From NCBI GenBank assembly GCA_020832655.1, contig JAFIEF010000013.1, positions 4,316 through 68,315 on the forward strand: a stretch of 64,000 bases of DNA, written 5' to 3'. The position numbers were made by a program, and so were the translations under genes. This document shows positions 58,854-64,000 of the stretch, piece by piece (within the stretch, counting starts at the first letter, position 1; each line of letters opens with the position of its first letter). The notes beneath the pieces were generated by a model. It saw only the letters and a program-made list of their open reading frames with translations. It did no database searches and was not told the origin of the DNA. Origin of the DNA: Paracoccaceae bacterium (GTDB taxonomy: Bacteria > Pseudomonadota > Alphaproteobacteria > Rhodobacterales > Rhodobacteraceae).

Positions 58854-60082
58854 AGCTGGAGGGGCTGGAGATATTCACCATCGCCACCCCGCCGCCGGGC
58901 TGGGGCGGGCGCTACTGGATCATCGTCAAGCTGACCACCGAGTGTGGGCTGACAGGCTATGGAGAGGTCTATGCCGCCGCGGTCGGCCCGCAGGCGATGC
59001 GCGCGGTGATCGACGATGTGTTCACCCGCCACTGCCAAGGCGAAAACCCCGAAAACGTGGAAATGATGTTTCGCCGCGCCTATTCCTCGGGCTTCACCCA
59101 GCGCCCCGACCCGACGGTGATGGGGGCGTTTTCGGGGCTGGAAATGGCCGCTTGGGACATTCTGGGCAAGGCCCGCGACCGACCGGTCTGGGCGCTGCTG
59201 GGCGGGATGATGAACCCGCGATTGCGCGCCTATACCTATCTTTACCCGCTGCCGCATCATGACAAGGCGGCGTTCTGGACCAGCCCGGAAATGAACGCCG
59301 AAAGCGCGGCTGCGGCGGTCGGTCAGGGTTTTACCGCGATCAAGCTTGACCCCGCTGGCCCTTATACGCTGCGCGGCGGGCATCAGCCGGGGATGCGCGA
59401 TATTGATCTCTGCGACCGGATGCTGGGGGCTGTGCGCGCGGCCATCGGCAATCGCGCCGATATATTGCTGGGCACGCATGGGCAGTTCACGCCCGCAGGC
59501 GCAATCCGGCTGGGCGCGGCGCTGGAACGCCACCAACCAATGTGGTTCGAAGAACCCGTGCCGCCAGATGACATCGCGGGCATGGCCGAAGTGGCGCGCG
59601 CTGTGCGCATCCCCGTGGCCACGGGCGAGCGGCTTTGCACCAAGGCAGAGTTTGGCGCCGTGCTGCGTGCGGGCGCGGCCAGCATCCTGCAACCCGCGCT
59701 GGGGCGCGCGGGCGGGATATGGGAAGTGAAGAAGATCGCCGCCCTGGCAGAGGGCTTCGGCGCGCAGCTTGCCCCGCATCTTTATGCCGGGCCGGTGGAA
59801 TGGGCAGCGAATATTCATCTGGCAGCATCGATCCCCAACCTGCTGATGATCGAATGTATCGGGCAGGGGGGCGATTTCCACCTGCCGCTGATCGGCCACG
59901 CCCTGCGGGTCGAGGATGGCTTTGTCACCCCGCCCGACATCCCCGGCCTGGGGATTTTCTTTGACGAAAGTATTGCGCGGGCGCATCCTTACACGGGCGC
60001 AGAACTGCATCTTCAGATGCAGCAAGACCCTTGCGACTATGTTCATGGCAACAGTTTTGAAGGAGGGGCGCCCAGAGATTGA
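58850..60082 (+). CDS. Mandelate racemase/muconate lactonizing enzyme (enolase superfamily) protein
   Basis: WDILGKA, KLDP, GTHGQF, EEP, GERL, APHLYAGP. Confidence 0.9.
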   Translation: MKLEGLEIFTIATPPPGWGGRYWIIVKLTTECGLTGYGEVYAAAVGPQAMRAVIDDVFTRHCQGENPENVEMMFRRAYSSGFTQRPDPTVMGAFSGLEMAAWDILGKARDRPVWALLGGMMNPRLRAYTYLYPLPHHDKAAFWTSPEMNAESAAAAVGQGFTAIKLDPAGPYTLRGGHQPGMRDIDLCDRMLGAVRAAIGNRADILLGTHGQFTPAGAIRLGAALERHQPMWFEEPVPPDDIAGMAEVARAVRIPVATGERLCTKAEFGAVLRAGAASILQPALGRAGGIWEVKKIAALAEGFGAQLAPHLYAGPVEWAANIHLAASIPNLLMIECIGQGGDFHLPLIGHALRVEDGFVTPPDIPGLGIFFDESIARAHPYTGAELHLQMQQDPCDYVHGNSFEGGAPRD

Positions 60083-60111
60083 CAGCTATCGTGACACAAA
60101 TGCAGGGTTGA

Positions 60112-60133
60112 AAAACGACACGATGTCGCTTTT
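60112..60133. promoter_or_regulatory. Palindromic operator-like site upstream of the ABC substrate-binding gene
   Basis: aaaaCGACA-cga-TGTCGctttt. Confidence 0.45.
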
Positions 60134-60235
60134 GATCGATTTAGTGACGTCAGATGCCCGCGCCGTGACGCATTTATGCGAAGATCACCGACATAATCCG
60201 GCCAGAAAGGCTGATACCAACAGGGAGACGAACAG

Positions 60236-61873
60236 ATGACCCACCGCAAGCGCAAGGCAACCGAAATACACCCCGCTGCCGAACTCTATGCGCGCGAATG
60301 CCGCGCAGGGCAGCTCAGCCGCCGCGAATTCATGACCCGCGCCACCGCGCTGGGCGTGGCCGCGCCCGCCGCCTATGGCCTGCTGGGGCTTGCCGCACCC
60401 GAAGCGAAAGCGCAAACCCCGCAAATGGGCGGCACGCTGCGCATCCAGATGGATATCAAGGCCCAGCGCGACCCGCGTACATGGGACTGGTCGGAACTTT
60501 CGAATGTCTGCCGCGGCTGGCTGGAATATCTGGTCAGCTATGAACGCGACGGCTCGGTCCAGCCGGTGCTGCTGGAAAGCTGGGAAGCCAATGACGACGC
60601 CACGGTCTACACGCTGAATGTGCGCCCCGGCGTGAAATGGAACAATGGCGATGATTTCACCGCCGAACATGTCGCCCACAATATCGAACGCTGGTGCGAT
60701 GCCGCGGTCGAGGGCAATTCGATGGCCGGGCGGATGAGCGCGATTTCCGAGGATGGCAAGCTGCGCGAGGGCGCCATCGAAATCGTCGATGACCTGACCC
60801 TGCGGCTGCATTTGTCCAGCCCCGATATCGCGATCATCGTCAACATGACCGATTATCCGGCGGCTGTGGTGCATCCCTCCTTCACCGGCGATGACCCGGT
60901 CGCCAACCCCATCGGAACCGGCCCCTATCGCCCGGTCAGCCATGACACCGGCATCGGCGCGGTGATCGAACGCAACCCCGACCATACATGGTGGAACGAA
61001 GGCAATGGTGCGTATCTGGACCGGATCGAATTTCTGGATCTGGGCACCGACCCGGCGGCCTGGATGGCCGCAGCCGAAGGCGGCGAGATCGACATGACCT
61101 ATCAGACCACGGGTGATTTCGTCGATCTGTTCGAGATGATCGGCATGCCCGCGACCGAGGCCATCACTGCCGCGACGCTGGCTGTGCGCTTCAATCAGGA
61201 CAATGCGCCTTATGACAATGTCAATGTCCGCCGCGCGCTGCAAATGGCAGTGGACAACCAGATCGTGCTGGAACTGGGCTATAATGACCGCGGCACCGTG
61301 GCCGAAAACCACCATGTCTGCCCGATCCACCCCGAATATGCCGATATCGGTGCCACGCCCTTCGATCCGGCAGAGGCAAAGGCCATGATCGAGGCCGAAG
61401 GTCTGGGCGATCATGAATTCGAGCTGATCTCGATCGATGATGACTGGCAGGCGGCAACCTGCGACAGCGTCGCCGCGCAGATCCGTGCCGCCGGCATCAA
61501 TATCCGCCGCACCATCCTGCCCGGCGCGACCTTCTGGAATGACTGGCTGAACTATCCCTTTTCCTCGACCGAATGGAACATGCGGCCCCTGGGCGTGCAG
61601 GTGCTGAACCTGGCCTATCGTTCGGGTGTGGCGTGGAACGAGGCAGGCTTTGCCAATGCCGAGTTTGACGCGCTTCTGGATCGGGCCAATGGCATACCGG
61701 ATGCCGATGAACGCCGCGAGGTGATGGCGCAAATCCAGCAGATCATGCTGGATGAAGGCGTGCTGATCCAGCCCTATTGGCGCTCGCTCTATCGCAATGC
61801 GCGCCCCAATGTCCTGAATGCGGAAATGCACCCGACATTCGAAGTGCGCTATCAAAGCTACGCGCTGTCGTGA
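60236..61873 (+). CDS. ABC transporter substrate-binding protein, family 5 (Dpp/Opp/Nik), Tat-type signal
   Basis: SRREF twin-arginine motif, [19 protein letters not shown]. Confidence 0.93.
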   Translation: MTHRKRKATEIHPAAELYARECRAGQLSRREFMTRATALGVAAPAAYGLLGLAAPEAKAQTPQMGGTLRIQMDIKAQRDPRTWDWSELSNVCRGWLEYLVSYERDGSVQPVLLESWEANDDATVYTLNVRPGVKWNNGDDFTAEHVAHNIERWCDAAVEGNSMAGRMSAISEDGKLREGAIEIVDDLTLRLHLSSPDIAIIVNMTDYPAAVVHPSFTGDDPVANPIGTGPYRPVSHDTGIGAVIERNPDHTWWNEGNGAYLDRIEFLDLGTDPAAWMAAAEGGEIDMTYQTTGDFVDLFEMIGMPATEAITAATLAVRFNQDNAPYDNVNVRRALQMAVDNQIVLELGYNDRGTVAENHHVCPIHPEYADIGATPFDPAEAKAMIEAEGLGDHEFELISIDDDWQAATCDSVAAQIRAAGINIRRTILPGATFWNDWLNYPFSSTEWNMRPLGVQVLNLAYRSGVAWNEAGFANAEFDALLDRANGIPDADERREVMAQIQQIMLDEGVLIQPYWRSLYRNARPNVLNAEMHPTFEVRYQSYALS

Positions 61874-61886
61874 TCGTGCAGCCTGT

Positions 61887-61908
61887 GCGGCGGGGCTGAC
61901 CCCGCCGC
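61887..61908 (+). terminator. GC-rich intercistronic hairpin after the binding-protein gene
   Basis: gcggcgggg-ctga-ccccgccgc, a perfect 9-bp stem. Confidence 0.55.
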
Positions 61909-61972
61909 GCCACCCCGCTTTTGCCCCGCAAGCCAACGCGCCGCCTTGGTGCCCCAGCAGACAGGAGGCAGG

Positions 61973-63064
61973 ATGTTCCTTTTCCTTGCCCGCCGCATAG
62001 GCGTGATGCTGGTCACGGCCCTGTGCCTGACCTTTGTCGTCTTCTACCTGACCAATCTGCCCGCCAAGCTGGAAACGCTGGCCAAGACACAGGCCGGATC
62101 GCGCATTTCCGATGCCGAGGTCGCAAGCTGGCTGGACCGCAACGGCTATAACCAGCCCATGCTGACGCGCTATGGCGAATGGCTGGGGGTGGCACGCGGC
62201 TGGACGCTGGCTGTCGATGACGGCGCCATGACGGGGCGCTGCTACCGTGCCTACGGGGTTTCGGAACCCGGCGCCGCGCCTTCACGCTGCGGGTTGTTGC
62301 AGGGTTATTGGGGCCATTCCACCCGCTTTCGTGCCGCCATCTCTGATGTCATCCCGCCACGGCTGGGGGCGACGGGGCTGTTGATGATGTGGGCGCTGAT
62401 CGTCATGGTGCCGATGGCGCTGCTGGTGGGCGTGCTGGCGGGCATGCGCGAAGGCTCGCGCACCGACAGGTCGCTTTCGACCTTCGCCATCGCCTCGACC
62501 GCGACACCGGAATATGTTTCCGGCGTGGTGTTCATCGCACTTCTGGCCTCCTCCACAGTGGGGCTGTCGCCGCTTCTGGTGCAATGGGGCTGGATCGACG
62601 GGCCGGTCCTGTTTCAGGGCAATGCGCGCTCGGCGCTGGAAAAGATCACATTCTGGAATTTCACCCTGCCGGTGATGACCATCGCGCTTTACGGCATGGG
62701 CTATGTCGCGCGAATCACCCGTGCGTCCATGACCGAAGTGATGACCCAGCAATATATCCGCACCGCGCGGCTGAAAGGCGTCAGCTTTGCCAATATCGTG
62801 CTGCGCCACGCGCTCAGGAATGCGCTGATCGCGCCCTTCACGGTGATCATGCTGCAAATCCCCTGGCTTCTGACCGGGGTCGTGATTGTCGAGGTGCTGT
62901 TCAGCTATCCGGGCTTCGGCTGGACCCTGTTCGAGGCCGCGGTGAACAATGATATCGAACTCCTGCTGGCCGCTTCGGTGGTGGCGGTGATCGTGGTGCT
63001 GCTGACGCAGCTGATCTCGGATATCGGCTATGTCTATCTCAACCCGCGCATCCGCGTAACATGA
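61973..63064 (+). CDS. ABC transporter permease (DppB-like)
   Basis: EAA region TQQYIRTARLKG, RHALRNAL, YVYLNPRIR; GGAGG SD. Confidence 0.93.
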   Translation: MFLFLARRIGVMLVTALCLTFVVFYLTNLPAKLETLAKTQAGSRISDAEVASWLDRNGYNQPMLTRYGEWLGVARGWTLAVDDGAMTGRCYRAYGVSEPGAAPSRCGLLQGYWGHSTRFRAAISDVIPPRLGATGLLMMWALIVMVPMALLVGVLAGMREGSRTDRSLSTFAIASTATPEYVSGVVFIALLASSTVGLSPLLVQWGWIDGPVLFQGNARSALEKITFWNFTLPVMTIALYGMGYVARITRASMTEVMTQQYIRTARLKGVSFANIVLRHALRNALIAPFTVIMLQIPWLLTGVVIVEVLFSYPGFGWTLFEAAVNNDIELLLAASVVAVIVVLLTQLISDIGYVYLNPRIRVT

Positions 63065-63077
63065 AGGGGGGCGCGTG

Positions 63078-64000
63078 ATGGAGCTGTTAAGCTGGCCCGA
63101 AATCCTTGGTCGTCTGTTCATCCAGCTTGCCCCGATATGGGCCGCGCTGGTGGCACTGTTTGCGGTTTCGATCCTCTACAAGCGCCGCCTTGGGCTGTAT
63201 GGCAAGCTGTTTGATTCGGCTGTCGGCATGGTCGGCTTTGCGCTGGTGATGTTCTGGGTATTTGCCGCGCTCTTTGCCGACATGATCATCACCCATGACC
63301 CGCTGGGGCAGTTTTCGGGCATGCGCAACGCCGCCCCCGGCAGCGCGCTGCGCAATCCGGGCGACAATTACGACTATTTCCTGCTTGGTGGGGATGCGCT
63401 GGCGCGCGATGTGTTCTCGCGCATGGTGATGGGCGCGCGCGAGGTGCTGCGCATCGCGCCTTTCGCGGCGATGATTTCCTTCATGATCGGCATCTCGCTT
63501 GGCCTGCCTGCGGGCTATATCGGCGGGCGGCTGGATACGGGGCTGACCTTCATCGCCAATCTGGTGCTGGCCTTTCCGGTGATCTTGCTGTTCTTTCTGC
63601 TGGTCGCGCCTGAAATCCAGGCAACCGCGATCCCGCGCGTCATGGCAGGGGTGCTGTTCATCGTGCCGGTGCTGTTCTTCACCGTGCTTCTGAATGCGCG
63701 CTTCTTCACCCAGCCCGTGAAACGCAACCTCTATGTCGGCGCGGTGGCGCTGGTGGGGCTTTGGGCCTATTCGGGGCTTGCCTTCAATGCCGACCCGCTG
63801 GGCGTGTGGGGCATGTCGCCCAATCTGCTGAATGTCTTTGTCGCGGTGGTGTTCGTCAACGCGCCCACGGTGTTTCGCATCGTGCGCGGCATCACGCTGG
63901 ATATCAAGACCCGTGACTATGTCGCCGCCGCCCAGACGCGGGGTGAAGGGCCGTGGTATATCATGCTTTGGGAAATCCTGCCCAATGCGCGCGGCCCGCT
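63078..64000 (+). CDS. ABC transporter permease (DppC-like), truncated by the window end
   Basis: ATG 63078; LLGGDALARDVFSR, DYVAAAQTRGE, WEILPNARGP; no stop before the window edge. Confidence 0.9.
   Translation, partial: MELLSWPEILGRLFIQLAPIWAALVALFAVSILYKRRLGLYGKLFDSAVGMVGFALVMFWVFAALFADMIITHDPLGQFSGMRNAAPGSALRNPGDNYDYFLLGGDALARDVFSRMVMGAREVLRIAPFAAMISFMIGISLGLPAGYIGGRLDTGLTFIANLVLAFPVILLFFLLVAPEIQATAIPRVMAGVLFIVPVLFFTVLLNARFFTQPVKRNLYVGAVALVGLWAYSGLAFNADPLGVWGMSPNLLNVFVAVVFVNAPTVFRIVRGITLDIKTRDYVAAAQTRGEGPWYIMLWEILPNARGP

Noticed and set aside
1-64000. CRISPR arrays, rRNA, tRNA, riboswitches, IS elements, LexA boxes
   Set aside because: None recognised by eye; weak ncRNA signals would need an Rfam/Infernal scan to exclude

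Overview
A core-chromosome segment of a high-GC alphaproteobacterium. Gene content and order point to Rhodobacteraceae/Paracoccaceae, which is an inference. Positions 1-45 kb hold housekeeping genes: Mce/PqiC, dsbB, pepN, AI-2E-hdaA, ppk, rarA, RNase T2, DUF1013/trcR, pheT, miaA, the pyrH-frr-uppS-cdsA-dxr-rseP-bamA-skp-fabZ-lpxA-lpxI-lpxB cluster, xerD, aroKB, cobT, a sirtuin and uvrC. Positions 45-64 kb hold a methylamine/betaine-type catabolic region: soxBDAG, an MttB-family methyltransferase, a dimethylglycine dehydrogenase-like enzyme, a desaturase, an ADH, an enolase-superfamily enzyme and a peptide-type ABC transporter. A ~1 kb low-GC insert interrupts this region. The most notable non-coding signals are two. 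(1) Four intergenic hairpins have unrelated stems, but each loop is a perfect four-tract G-quadruplex motif (GGGYGGGYGGGYGGG), always on the minus strand. (2) The uvrC-SDR intergenic region has the hallmarks of a chromosomal replication origin: a perfect DnaA box plus weaker boxes, a perfect IHF site, four GANTC sites and an AT-rich core. I saw no rRNA, tRNA, CRISPR array, transposase or phage genes. All family assignments come from motif recognition by eye, with no database search.
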